A stretch of 64,000 bases of DNA from a phage. The stretch lies in NCBI GenBank assembly GCA_012441205.1, contig GCA_012441205.1_4705.1, one strand, 5' to 3'. Numbering within the stretch: the first letter of the stretch is position 1; each line of letters begins with the position of its first letter. Below are positions 51,282 through 60,846 of the stretch, in pieces. A program made the translations under genes and the position numbers. The notes below the pieces were generated by a model that was given only the letters and a program-made list of their open reading frames with translations, was not told where the DNA came from and did not search any database.

Positions 51282-52532
51282 AGCGTTGTATCCCTTAAGG
51301 ATCATCACGCTTAACCCGATGGTGTTATCCTGCGGATCGCGTTTAACCTTGGTGATTTCAAGACATTGGTTACTGCTTCGGTCAAGTGATGGGTTTCGAA
51401 CAAAGCCACACACAATCCCATCGAACGGTGTATCAGCAATAAGCTCATCGTGCAGCTCGCTCATCATTGGATGATAATTACGGACATGTTCCGCAACGAA
51501 CGCACGTGCTGCTCTTGGCGAATAACCACGATGGAATAACTTGGATTGGATATGTTCTTTATTGGTTAAAGTAAATGGTGCGTATGGGAAATGCAGATGA
51601 TAATAACGATGGTTTGCTGTTATCGAACTGATTACGGTACGCGTGGTGAATGGATGTAATGTACCTAATATGTTTTTACGTGTGATACCTTTCTTCTTAC
51701 CAATGAACTCATCGAAAATTGCTGCGTGGTATTGCAGTAGCTTCAATTGTACTTTCGCCATCCAGTTTTCTTTCTTTCTGGCGCTCAAAGGTGTTGTTGG
51801 GTGATAGATACTATTCAACGTACCGATAGCATCGATCGCACCTTCCATTTTGCTATCTGCATAACGACCGGTTGGCGTATTCTCGATAACGAACATCATG
51901 GCCGCAGGAAAGCTGATATACTGACTGAAGAACTTATCACGATGGATACGGATGAATTCTCGTAGCGTGTCAACTTTCTCCGTGTTCTTCGGTCCACGTA
52001 ACGTAGGTCCTTTATACAAGATCTCCATGATGCGATCGAAGTTCTGTATAAAGCTATTTACGCCACGTCGTATCCCGAATACATCGAATTGCTGCTCCAG
52101 ATAGTTCTTGAGTTCGATGGGTCGTTTTACATTTGGACGGTAACTGGCATCAATGAGCCACGTCATCGTTTCAAAGCTTTTGATATTCAACTCGCTTGCC
52201 AGCACGAGATGGACCAACGGGTTAATGAACGCATCAATTCCTTCAGGAACACGCGCCCAAACCGTCGAACGAATCTCTTGTTCTGCTGGATAGGTTACAA
52301 CCGTTTTACAGTTCGGACACACCGTACCGAGCAGCTCACCACGATTGTAGAAACCACAACCACATTGTGGTGTGATATCCAACGTATCGCTGGAGTAAAC
52401 ACGGGTGATAAAACTGTTTAATTTCTTCTTCTCTTCGACGACTTTTGTATCGTAATCATTCAACAAAATCGGCGTGAAAGGAAGTTCTGCGAGCTGTCTA
52501 TCGAAACTCACGATATCGAGCATGATGGCCAT
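51282..52532 (-). CDS. RNAP beta-prime N-terminal subunit, exon 1
   Basis: Zinc ribbon CGCGFYNRGELLGTVCPNC; GKKKGITRKNILGTLHPFTTRTV (E. coli [23 protein letters not shown]); RNPSLDRSSNQCLE (NRAPTLHRLGIQAFE); LSVMILKGYNA (LHPLVCAAYNA). The ORF-track tail to 51228 is intron read-through. Confidence 0.7.
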
Positions 52533-52574
52533 GGGGTATCTCCTACAAATGAAAAAGAACGTTAGGACGTATAA

Positions 52575-52598
52575 GGGAGGGAGGTTGCCCTCCCTCCC
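52575..52598 (-). terminator. GC hairpin terminator between 631-aa gene and beta-prime gene
   Basis: gggagggagg-ttgc-cctccctccc. Confidence 0.45.
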
Positions 52599-52624
52599 GT
52601 CAGATTACATCGAACGTTCTTCCA

Positions 52625-54520
52625 TTAGAACAGGTTGAATGCCCCACCCATGTTGTTAACGCCAACATTCGGACGATCGCTACGTGCGTAGATGTTACCG
52701 GAGATGTTACCCAGACCACGAGCACGTGCTGCCATGTTACCACGAACAGCGGTACCTGCCAGATGCTGGATGTTCTCAGGACGGATGGTGAAGCCAGCAT
52801 CAGCAGCGGCCTCGATCAGCGCCTGCAGTGCTAACGGATCGAAGTCGTAACGCATTGCCCAGCCGGTTTGTTCCCAGCTACCAGACAGAACACGATCAAT
52901 GATTTCGTGACGAGCGACAACACGCTGAGACATCGTCATATCGGTACGGTCGAAGCTGTCTTCCCAAGCTTCTACGGTATCCGGGTTAGTGATGTTCATC
53001 ATGTACAGATCGTCCATATCACGAATATCGTGACGGTGACCATCCTGGTGGTTATAATGACCCAGCGGGATACGGTTACCGGTAGCGTAGACCAGTGGTG
53101 CGCCGTACTGATATTTCTTGCTGAAGCAACCCAGGGTAGTATCATCGAAGGCACGGAAGAGTGCTTTGTAACCTTCGGAGATTTCCCGGACTTCACCTTC
53201 AACTTTGCCCGTATAGATCTTCTCAGCCGCCGGGATCATACGCAGCAGCCAGCTGTATTCGCCTTCTTCCGGTACGTCGATAGAAATCAGCAGAGACGGA
53301 TACAGTACCTGTTGCAGGAACTTGTAAATCTGCTCGTTGGTTTGAGTAGACAGATCCAGCGGTGCGGTAACTTCCGGATCCAGTACCATCGCCAGAGCAC
53401 CCGGGTTATGCGGACCAATACCACGAGCAGCGTTGCTGATTAAAGACTGTGCCCACGCCATACCGCTGTTCAGCGTAGCGATGGTGCCAATCAGACCCAA
53501 CACGAAAGTGTTCGGCGTGAACGCATCCAGCTCCAGCGGGTAAGCGCTGGTCATCACGTAACGCGGTTGGTATTGTACAGTCGGCGGTACCGGATAACCG
53601 TTAACCAGAACAGGGCCTTGGTTGAAGGTCGGGTTCTGCGGGCTGTAGGTCAGGTCAATGTAACCGGTGGTTGCGACCAGACGCTGCTGACTATCGTAAT
53701 CGCTCATCGCTTGACGGATGCGGTTAGAGATAGTTACAGTGATGTCAGAACGCACAGGGTTACCAACAATATCGCTGTCCTGCATACCGCTGGTGTTGTA
53801 CTGAACGCTGCTGATTGGCTGATCGCTTGCCATCATGCCCAGGTTGAACTGCGGCAGACCCAGTTTATCGCCGAGACGGATTTCGATCGCGGTTTGGATT
53901 GCGTTATCTGCAGCAGACAGCAGGGTGGTTGCCAGATGCGCAGATTCAGCGGTGATTTCATTGGTCACCACAGCCAGACCAGCGATACGAGCAGTACCAT
54001 TAGACTTACCACCGATAGCTGCATACATTGCCGCCATGACTTCGTTGATGAACGTACCGTTCAGGTTATCAACCCAGGTACGCGGCACCAGAATGTTACC
54101 ATGCGGGCCTTGTTCTTCACGACGCGGCAGCGGAGCCAAACCGGCAACCAGTGGAAGCACATAACCGAAGAAGTGGTTATGGTCACCAACTTTTGCACCG
54201 CTCATAACAACCAGGGTCGGATACGGTACACTGTATTGGTTAGGATCGACGGTCACCATGATGAAGTCGTCTTTGAATCCTTTATCTTCCAGTTCTTTTT
54301 CCATCAGACGACGGAGATTCAGTACCTGCTCGGAGCCAGTATTACGGCTAATACGACGGCTCAGTGTACGGTTGATCGTACGCATCGTATGAGTTACTTT
54401 AGGCTGGCCAGCAAAATCTGCAGCGGTTTCCAGCGCCTCATCAGCACGTTGTGCGGTGCGGGTTTCAGCTGCACGAATTTCTACATTATCGTTACCGTTA
54501 TTACGTACGTCTAAGCCCAT
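52625..54520 (-). CDS. candidate phage-nucleus shell protein (chimallin-like); otherwise abundant early protein of unknown function
   Basis: 631 aa; own TATATTAC promoter-like motif 70 bp upstream and own terminator; immediately upstream of the beta-prime N-terminal gene; no motif-level confirmation. Confidence 0.4.
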   Translation of the reverse strand: MGLDVRNNGNDNVEIRAAETRTAQRADEALETAADFAGQPKVTHTMRTINRTLSRRISRNTGSEQVLNLRRLMEKELEDKGFKDDFIMVTVDPNQYSVPYPTLVVMSGAKVGDHNHFFGYVLPLVAGLAPLPRREEQGPHGNILVPRTWVDNLNGTFINEVMAAMYAAIGGKSNGTARIAGLAVVTNEITAESAHLATTLLSAADNAIQTAIEIRLGDKLGLPQFNLGMMASDQPISSVQYNTSGMQDSDIVGNPVRSDITVTISNRIRQAMSDYDSQQRLVATTGYIDLTYSPQNPTFNQGPVLVNGYPVPPTVQYQPRYVMTSAYPLELDAFTPNTFVLGLIGTIATLNSGMAWAQSLISNAARGIGPHNPGALAMVLDPEVTAPLDLSTQTNEQIYKFLQQVLYPSLLISIDVPEEGEYSWLLRMIPAAEKIYTGKVEGEVREISEGYKALFRAFDDTTLGCFSKKYQYGAPLVYATGNRIPLGHYNHQDGHRHDIRDMDDLYMMNITNPDTVEAWEDSFDRTDMTMSQRVVARHEIIDRVLSGSWEQTGWAMRYDFDPLALQALIEAAADAGFTIRPENIQHLAGTAVRGNMAARARGLGNISGNIYARSDRPNVGVNNMGGAFNLF

Positions 54521-54589
54521 TTGGGATTCCTCTTTTCTTAAACTTTATTAAATGACGTCATTGAATCAGCTTCTACTCGCTCATTCACC

Positions 54590-54609
54590 TAGGTAATATA
54601 ACCCTGAAA
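54590..54609 (-). promoter_or_regulatory. early-promoter-like motif TTTCAGGGTTATATTACCTA (minus strand)
   Basis: Copy D; 12-bp palindrome AATGACGTCATT at 54551-54562 between motif and start codon. Confidence 0.45.
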
Positions 54610-54774
54610 TTTTTTTCAATATTGGTGTAACCACATTGAACGATATAAACCCCTAGGCGAACGCTGCCGAGAAGCAACATTCTTTCTACATATAATCAGG
54701 ATATGTCTGTAAACTTTTACTTCTCTTATTGAGAGTAATGTCATATCCGTTTACCATCTTCTTACGGAGTTCGT

Positions 54775-55869
54775 ATGTTTCGTGTTTTAAATAACCTCCC
54801 GCGAACATCATCGGGTGTGCAACCCGTCCCTCAGAAAGACTATCTAATACGCGAAGTTCAAAGAAACCTACAGACAATCCAGAACCACTATCAAGGTTTT
54901 ACCTTCGCGGTTCAGAGCGATCACATCCTTGCGTTGCTGCTCGCACAGCTCCCTATGAGATACGACATCTCAGTACAAACTTACTACGACATGATTCTCG
55001 ATCTTACTCCAGAATTGGGTAATCGTGTTAAGTTGACAACATCAAGATACGCGGGTAAGTTATTCGACGGTGCTTTCTATCCGGGATTGCACGAAGCTAT
55101 TATCGCAACCGGTGAAAGTCGTCTTATTTCACGTGACGTTCTTGACAACTGGCGTAATTGGTCACCGGTTAGAATCGTGACGCACCCATACTCAAATCTT
55201 CGTTACATTCCTCTTCACCGAAAGCCGGTTGAAGAAGGACGAGGTTTTGCGGTCATTATGGTTGATGTACCTTTATTAGCGCTACAGTATCGAATGTGGT
55301 CTTTGGTCATGGGTCATAACGTCGACGGCAAATGGGTGGTTAAAGAACCGGTTACAAGCTTCCTTGCGAGTTTTCCGTTGGTTAACGCATTATACTCACA
55401 CAACGATGTTGTTATACGCAATCGTTGTTTGTGGGTATCTCCGGCTAAGAATCCACTCAAATCACCAATTTACGTTAACGACCTTGATAACGTATTCAGT
55501 CAAGTCGTTCTGTCCGTACAGCATCATTTATTACGAAGAAGACGAAGCTACACCGACATGCTTAAACAGATACCGAGTTTATACGGGGATCAGTACCAAG
55601 CAACCCGAATGGGTTACACCGTCGATCTTCGGCAAACGCGATGGGCAAGGGATCTGGGTTGTCTGTCATTATGGCAACAACTCGTCACGTTGCAAAACGT
55701 ATCTGAAAGCGTCGGGTTCAGCAGTCAAATCGATAATGACCTGTACCGTGCTGCCGACCGGAGTCTAAAAGAAGGTAACTGGGAGTCCTCTCCGTTACCT
55801 GGCGATTTAAGACGTGAAGTTATCGCACAGGTTGCCGACCTCTTAAAAATTCTTCCCGCTGGTGCATAA
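54775..55869 (+). CDS. hypothetical protein
   Basis: 364-aa plus-strand ORF ending at a bidirectional GC-rich hairpin region (55870-55925). Confidence 0.5.
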   Translation: MFRVLNNLPRTSSGVQPVPQKDYLIREVQRNLQTIQNHYQGFTFAVQSDHILALLLAQLPMRYDISVQTYYDMILDLTPELGNRVKLTTSRYAGKLFDGAFYPGLHEAIIATGESRLISRDVLDNWRNWSPVRIVTHPYSNLRYIPLHRKPVEEGRGFAVIMVDVPLLALQYRMWSLVMGHNVDGKWVVKEPVTSFLASFPLVNALYSHNDVVIRNRCLWVSPAKNPLKSPIYVNDLDNVFSQVVLSVQHHLLRRRRSYTDMLKQIPSLYGDQYQATRMGYTVDLRQTRWARDLGCLSLWQQLVTLQNVSESVGFSSQIDNDLYRAADRSLKEGNWESSPLPGDLRREVIAQVADLLKILPAGA

Positions 55870-55935
55870 TAACCTCCCTCCTCCCTTGCATCCTCCCAAC
55901 CCGTAAGGGAAGGGAGGATGGGGTGGTGGGTTATG

Positions 55936-58089
55936 TTACTCTGCGGTTTCTTGCTTCGGTAAATAACTTGCTGCGATGTCTTGGGCTAACAATGTATTGT
56001 TTTTATTCGAGATGAAAATACCATAACTTTCCATTAACGCGTAATACGAACGCACGAGCGTAGAGATCAATCGACGAATATCCATACCTTGAATAAAGAT
56101 ATCAGGAAGCCCGGAGGCTTCGATCACCGGTAATGGTATCGTTAAGTTGCTTATCGTTTTCTTATCGTTACGTACAATCCAATCACGGAAACGTTGTTGT
56201 AACCCTTTATCCTCCCAGGAATCAATCCAATCGTTAAGAAGCGTTTTGTTCTTCGTCGCCAACGGCACACGAACCCCAACATAGGGTGGTTCCTGGCAAT
56301 GGCCGTACGATTGAGCAAACACCTCTTCCCACATATCGTAAGACTGTTTCGTTACTGCAACATGCGGTTTCACTTTAACACGTGTTAAGAAATCAGGATC
56401 ACCACGTTTCATGGACTCAACGATTTCGTTTTCTAACGAGATAATATCGTCAAGAACCAATCGAATGCTGATCTTCTCGTTACGTAACAGCTTATCCATG
56501 ATACCACACATCATGCGTTCAACACGTTTGACGATCATTTTTGGTGCTGACGCATCGCGCATAACCGGACCTTTCAATTCCAGCTTCGGTGGATTGATGG
56601 GAACCCCTTCACGCATGGTCATGTATCCGTAATAGTTTTTACCCATCGAGGTTAACGACAGAATCAAGAACATATATTCGTTCTTCATTTCCATTACGTA
56701 CATATGCTCTTTCGCTACACCGATATTACCAGAACACATCGCCATCAGATGAACCGTAATCTGCGTAACCAGATAGATAAGCGTATTTGCTAAGCGCGTC
56801 GAAATTGGATTGATCTCCATATTTCCAAATCGCCACTGAACCCACTCCTGGCAGGTAAACACCGTCGAGTCGGTATCAGACAACACACCCACTTCACGGA
56901 TTGCTGACGGAAAAGCATAAACACCGGCCGGTTGGTTCTCGGTACGCCATAACGCCTTAATTAAATCAGCGTAGCTTTGGATGCGTTGCAACATTAATTT
57001 TGTCGTTGCTGCAGTAAGACGATAACCAAGTTCATTTCCTTTTTCCAGAGCTACGTAAATCGCTTCCCCGTTCAAGAACTCCGTGCATTGTGCCGTAATC
57101 CAAGCGACCGTGTTGTTATCCATGGAAGCAATAATGGCTTTAGCCTCTTCCATCGTTTCAACAGGTTCGGATGCCAGCTCGCATAACGAATCAAGAAAAT
57201 CTCGAACAAATTCAGGATTAAGCTCACGTAACGAGTACAGGTTATTGCTATACATGTAGCAGGCGCGTTCCAGTGGGGTTAAACCGGTAATTAACTCCCG
57301 GATAGTCAGTTCTTTCTCTGGGTCGAAAGTATACCGATGCAAGCATTTCGATACGTTAGCCCAAACCTCTTCCGGCGTAGGGTAATGTAGTTTGTATTTT
57401 ACCATTACCTGTTCAATGGCTTTACGATCGCTGTTGCGGACAATACTCACGATGTTTTCAATTGCGATATCACAATCGTAATAATGGAAATTGCCCGCAA
57501 GGAAGCGTTCGTTGTTCGCATTGGCTGAACCTGAAGCACAGCGACACGTTGTCGTTAAACTTGGATGCGCAATTGGATTATAAAAAGGGTTAAACTTGGA
57601 CGCCTGGGTTCCTGACAAACTGTTGTTATCTAACTTGGTGTTGGTTTGTCGTTTATCGTGTAACTCAGCTTCATCTTTACGTCCGTGTGCTTGCGCTATC
57701 GACATTTGTTTCTTTTGTTTCTTACGCAACTTACCGTTTTCAACCGCAAAGTCGCTTAGCACACTGGAACGTGTTTCACGTGGATAACAGTTAGCCCACA
57801 CCGGCGTGATAATTAAATTATTTTCTTTAATATCATTGAAGTATTGGCTGAACATGATGACTTCTTTTTCTCGATTTCCTTCGGTGCGCTGTGTTAATAC
57901 AAGGCAGTCGGGATCAACCATCCCGTATTTTCCACCAGGACGAACCGTATCAAGGACAAACTGCAACGCTTCCTGCTGTGATATCCCACGCATGCGCATT
58001 AAGAACAGGGTATAATCCTGTACCGCTTCTTTGGTCATATCCAACGTACGGCCATATCCGTTTTCATCGTAAAAGAACGGATTTTCCAT
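55936..58089 (-). CDS. hypothetical large protein
   Basis: 717-aa ORF; no motif recognised by eye. Confidence 0.5.
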   Translation of the reverse strand: MENPFFYDENGYGRTLDMTKEAVQDYTLFLMRMRGISQQEALQFVLDTVRPGGKYGMVDPDCLVLTQRTEGNREKEVIMFSQYFNDIKENNLIITPVWANCYPRETRSSVLSDFAVENGKLRKKQKKQMSIAQAHGRKDEAELHDKRQTNTKLDNNSLSGTQASKFNPFYNPIAHPSLTTTCRCASGSANANNERFLAGNFHYYDCDIAIENIVSIVRNSDRKAIEQVMVKYKLHYPTPEEVWANVSKCLHRYTFDPEKELTIRELITGLTPLERACYMYSNNLYSLRELNPEFVRDFLDSLCELASEPVETMEEAKAIIASMDNNTVAWITAQCTEFLNGEAIYVALEKGNELGYRLTAATTKLMLQRIQSYADLIKALWRTENQPAGVYAFPSAIREVGVLSDTDSTVFTCQEWVQWRFGNMEINPISTRLANTLIYLVTQITVHLMAMCSGNIGVAKEHMYVMEMKNEYMFLILSLTSMGKNYYGYMTMREGVPINPPKLELKGPVMRDASAPKMIVKRVERMMCGIMDKLLRNEKISIRLVLDDIISLENEIVESMKRGDPDFLTRVKVKPHVAVTKQSYDMWEEVFAQSYGHCQEPPYVGVRVPLATKNKTLLNDWIDSWEDKGLQQRFRDWIVRNDKKTISNLTIPLPVIEASGLPDIFIQGMDIRRLISTLVRSYYALMESYGIFISNKNNTLLAQDIAASYLPKQETAE

Positions 58090-58388
58090 AAATCCTCCAA
58101 AAGTTATTTAGTCTGTCTACATCATCTCGTATATCTGTTAAAAAAGAAGGACGGCATAAAAAAGAACCGATCCAGCCGAAGCCAGATCGGTTAAAAAGGA
58201 TAATAACTGACAGAAAGATATCGATGATGTTCGTGAAACAAGATCTTCTCTCGTGTACAATGATGCTAGATCAGAGGGAGGTTGTAACACGAGAGGTGGT
58301 CCGCCAAAGAAGGAATAAAAAACACGAACCTATCTTATTTCACTGATGGCACTAACCACTCAAAATATATAGTACCGTATGTAAAAGT

Positions 58389-58802
58389 TTACTGATTAAT
58401 CAAGTCGTTAGCAACAATCTTGGTGTAACCCGCCTGATTAAGAATTTGATTAATTTTCGTCACGTCGGTCGCATCCTCAATAACGATGCTGGGTTTATAG
58501 ATCAGCGTCTTGGTAACGACGATTGTACTCTCCTTAATCCAAGGAATCCCTAGAATCACATACTCACCATCGGCTGTAATGACCTCGACGTAATTGTATT
58601 TCGTCGGATCGTTCGGTACACTAGACGGGAGCCGGGAATAAATCTGTTGGTGAATGGCGTCTACATCACGACCGTTACGTACAGCTGTGCGATAATTGTA
58701 CACAGCGCTAATTTCTACTCCGTTGAAGTTAACCCCAAGTTCTGGGGCGTACACATCAAAACTCACAACAGAGCCAATCTTTTCTAAATCAGAAGCTGGC
58801 AT
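58389..58802 (-). CDS. hypothetical protein
   Basis: 137-aa ORF. Confidence 0.4.
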   Translation of the reverse strand: MPASDLEKIGSVVSFDVYAPELGVNFNGVEISAVYNYRTAVRNGRDVDAIHQQIYSRLPSSVPNDPTKYNYVEVITADGEYVILGIPWIKESTIVVTKTLIYKPSIVIEDATDVTKINQILNQAGYTKIVANDLINQ

Positions 58803-59334
58803 AATAGCATCCTTTATTTAAAATGTATTCATATCCGAAAGTCGTCGCTGACCAGACCCGGATAGATGATAGTGTTCCGCCACGATAAAACGTTTTTGTG
58901 AATTCCATATCCTGGACAACACGATAATAAACACGTCCGATAATACGCACGATAAGGTTTCGTGATAACGATCTCTCCTCGCAGTATTCATCGATAAAGT
59001 CATCGTCGATATCCGATAAGACAACATCCGCAATTTCTTGCAGTAGATTCCTCATCAGCATCTGCCTTCCTTCGGTACCCCACCCAGACAAACAGTAATC
59101 GTCTTCTGCCTGACTATAGATGTCGTTAACCGCCTGTTCGAGCAGTTGCTCAAGATAGTAGTCATCGCGTTTTATAACGTGGCGACGGCGCTCAGTGGCG
59201 TATTTTTCCATCCTGTGTTTCTCTTGTTCGGCGTATGTATTAACGACGCCACAGTCTTTTCTGGATCGTCCCACAATGCGCGACGAAAACTGGATACTAC
59301 CATAACGGTAGGATAGATTTGTACAACCTCCCAT
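58789..59334 (-). CDS. hypothetical protein (start uncertain)
   Basis: Overlaps upstream ORF by about 160 nt; true start probably an internal Met. Confidence 0.3.
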   Translation of the reverse strand: MGGCTNLSYRYGSIQFSSRIVGRSRKDCGVVNTYAEQEKHRMEKYATERRRHVIKRDDYYLEQLLEQAVNDIYSQAEDDYCLSGWGTEGRQMLMRNLLQEIADVVLSDIDDDFIDEYCEERSLSRNLIVRIIGRVYYRVVQDMEFTKTFYRGGTLSSIRVWSATTFGYEYILNKGCYYASF

Positions 59335-59660
59335 CCGTAACGATGTGCGTTAGTCGTACGTCCGACATTGAACAGACATAACTGATTTAAGAAACAGAGC
59401 TGCATCTTCGTAAACAACACCATATCTTCACGTTTAACGTATCCGAGGATATATGCATTCTCGAACGCCTCGCGTGACAAGACGGGACGATTAAGATACC
59501 GTAACGCTAATACCAACAACGTTGTTATGCGCAACGGATCTTCTGGGTCATTCATGGTGCTCAGCTCTGCTTGTAACCAGTCAGGGATAGTAACCGTCAG
59601 ACGATAGGTATCTGTTCCACGATCAACCACATTCAATGTTGAAAAAGGCAACATATCCAT
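59172..59660 (-). CDS. hypothetical protein
   Basis: 162-aa ORF. Confidence 0.35.
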   Translation of the reverse strand: MDMLPFSTLNVVDRGTDTYRLTVTIPDWLQAELSTMNDPEDPLRITTLLVLALRYLNRPVLSREAFENAYILGYVKREDMVLFTKMQLCFLNQLCLFNVGRTTNAHRYGWEVVQIYPTVMVVSSFRRALWDDPEKTVASLIHTPNKRNTGWKNTPLSAVATL

Positions 59661-60198
59661 GAATTCCTTCTAGCTCGAGGTTGTTCTCGCCGGTCTTCGG
59701 TAATAACCCACTGGCCGTTAACATCTGTGTCATCGAGTAGTCAAAGCACGGGAATATCAGGTTAACGGTTTCCTGGATCGCGTCAACATAACTATAAATG
59801 GCTTCATAATACTCACCGTCATGATCTACGCTAACCAGTTCCTGACACAGTTCTTCGCTTATCATTTCATATACCGGCGGATACCACGATTGAAATGGTC
59901 GCTGCATACGTAACGACCAATACTCGTACGTCGTATACTGAAGCACGTCGTAAGCCGATACGTTAATGCGGTCGAAGAAAGCATACTTGTCCATATGCTG
60001 ATACAACATCGCCAGCACGGTTTCCAAGCACACCGATATCCGCACGCCGTCATCTTTCCCGTTAAGAAAATTAGGTTTCTGCCGATAACGCACAAATGCC
60101 GACGGCTTTGATTGCATTATTCCACCACCAACCATAACGTCATACTCGTATCTAACGTAAAATTGAAATGCCACCAATCTTCTACACGTGGAATCCAC
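59623..60198 (-). CDS. hypothetical protein
   Basis: 191-aa ORF. Confidence 0.4.
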   Translation of the reverse strand: MDSTCRRLVAFQFYVRYEYDVMVGGGIMQSKPSAFVRYRQKPNFLNGKDDGVRISVCLETVLAMLYQHMDKYAFFDRINVSAYDVLQYTTYEYWSLRMQRPFQSWYPPVYEMISEELCQELVSVDHDGEYYEAIYSYVDAIQETVNLIFPCFDYSMTQMLTASGLLPKTGENNLELEGIHGYVAFFNIECG

Positions 60199-60602
60199 GT
60201 ACGAAGGATTTGGTTAACTTCGCTTCGCATCACCGATAAACGACAACGAAAATCGAACTTCTCATCATGACCGTAGTCTTCATGCATGAAAACTTCATCC
60301 AAAACGAACTCAAGTTGCATGTCGACATCACGACCAGAGATATTCCGTTTGTACAGATACAGTTCAATCGTGTCGTAAAGCAACGTATGAATATCATAAT
60401 TTCCGTTCGGTGAGAAATAAGGTAATCGCTCATCGAGCATCGAAAACAGATATTCACTGTAGTTTAATAACGGGATGATGTACCGACGTCCGGTCTGTGG
60501 TGCGCGAATATGTATCGAAACCTGACTTGGACGCGGAATAGCCGACGGCTTAGAATCGTCTCTCTGAAATTGCTCTAAAGATCGCAACAAAGGTGGCCGC
60601 AT
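60117..60602 (-). CDS. hypothetical protein (start trimmed)
   Basis: ORF-track N-terminal extension is W/R-rich and overlaps the next gene; ATG at 60600-60602. Confidence 0.35.
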   Translation of the reverse strand: MRPPLLRSLEQFQRDDSKPSAIPRPSQVSIHIRAPQTGRRYIIPLLNYSEYLFSMLDERLPYFSPNGNYDIHTLLYDTIELYLYKRNISGRDVDMQLEFVLDEVFMHEDYGHDEKFDFRCRLSVMRSEVNQILRTWIPRVEDWWHFNFTLDTSMTLWLVVE

Positions 60603-60846
60603 TGTAACTCTCCAACGCCCAATTGTAAGGCCCTTCCAACATGTGTTCCCATACGTGAATAAACTCGCTACCGAAGACAGGCTCCAGCGCCATGGTGAGA
60701 TTCGTAAGTTCTGACGCGGCCGCATGGTAAGCATCAACATGTCTTTCCATTGACGGATCGTCTTCATTGAAAATACGTTCTGTGTCGCCAGCCCGCTCAA
60801 TAAGTTCGGTAATGAGATCTGTCCATGTCTCGTGACACGTCATCAT
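60550..60846 (-). CDS. hypothetical protein (start trimmed)
   Basis: Internal MM at 60841-60846 chosen; upstream part overlaps the 60797..61774 ORF. Confidence 0.3.
   Translation of the reverse strand: MMTCHETWTDLITELIERAGDTERIFNEDDPSMERHVDAYHAAASELTNLTMALEPVFGSEFIHVWEHMLEGPYNWALESYNAATFVAIFRAISERRF

Noticed and set aside
53567-54514. 315-aa plus-strand ORF antisense to the 631-aa gene
   Set aside because: It lacks a promoter, RBS and terminator context, whereas the minus-strand gene has all three; treated as a shadow ORF.
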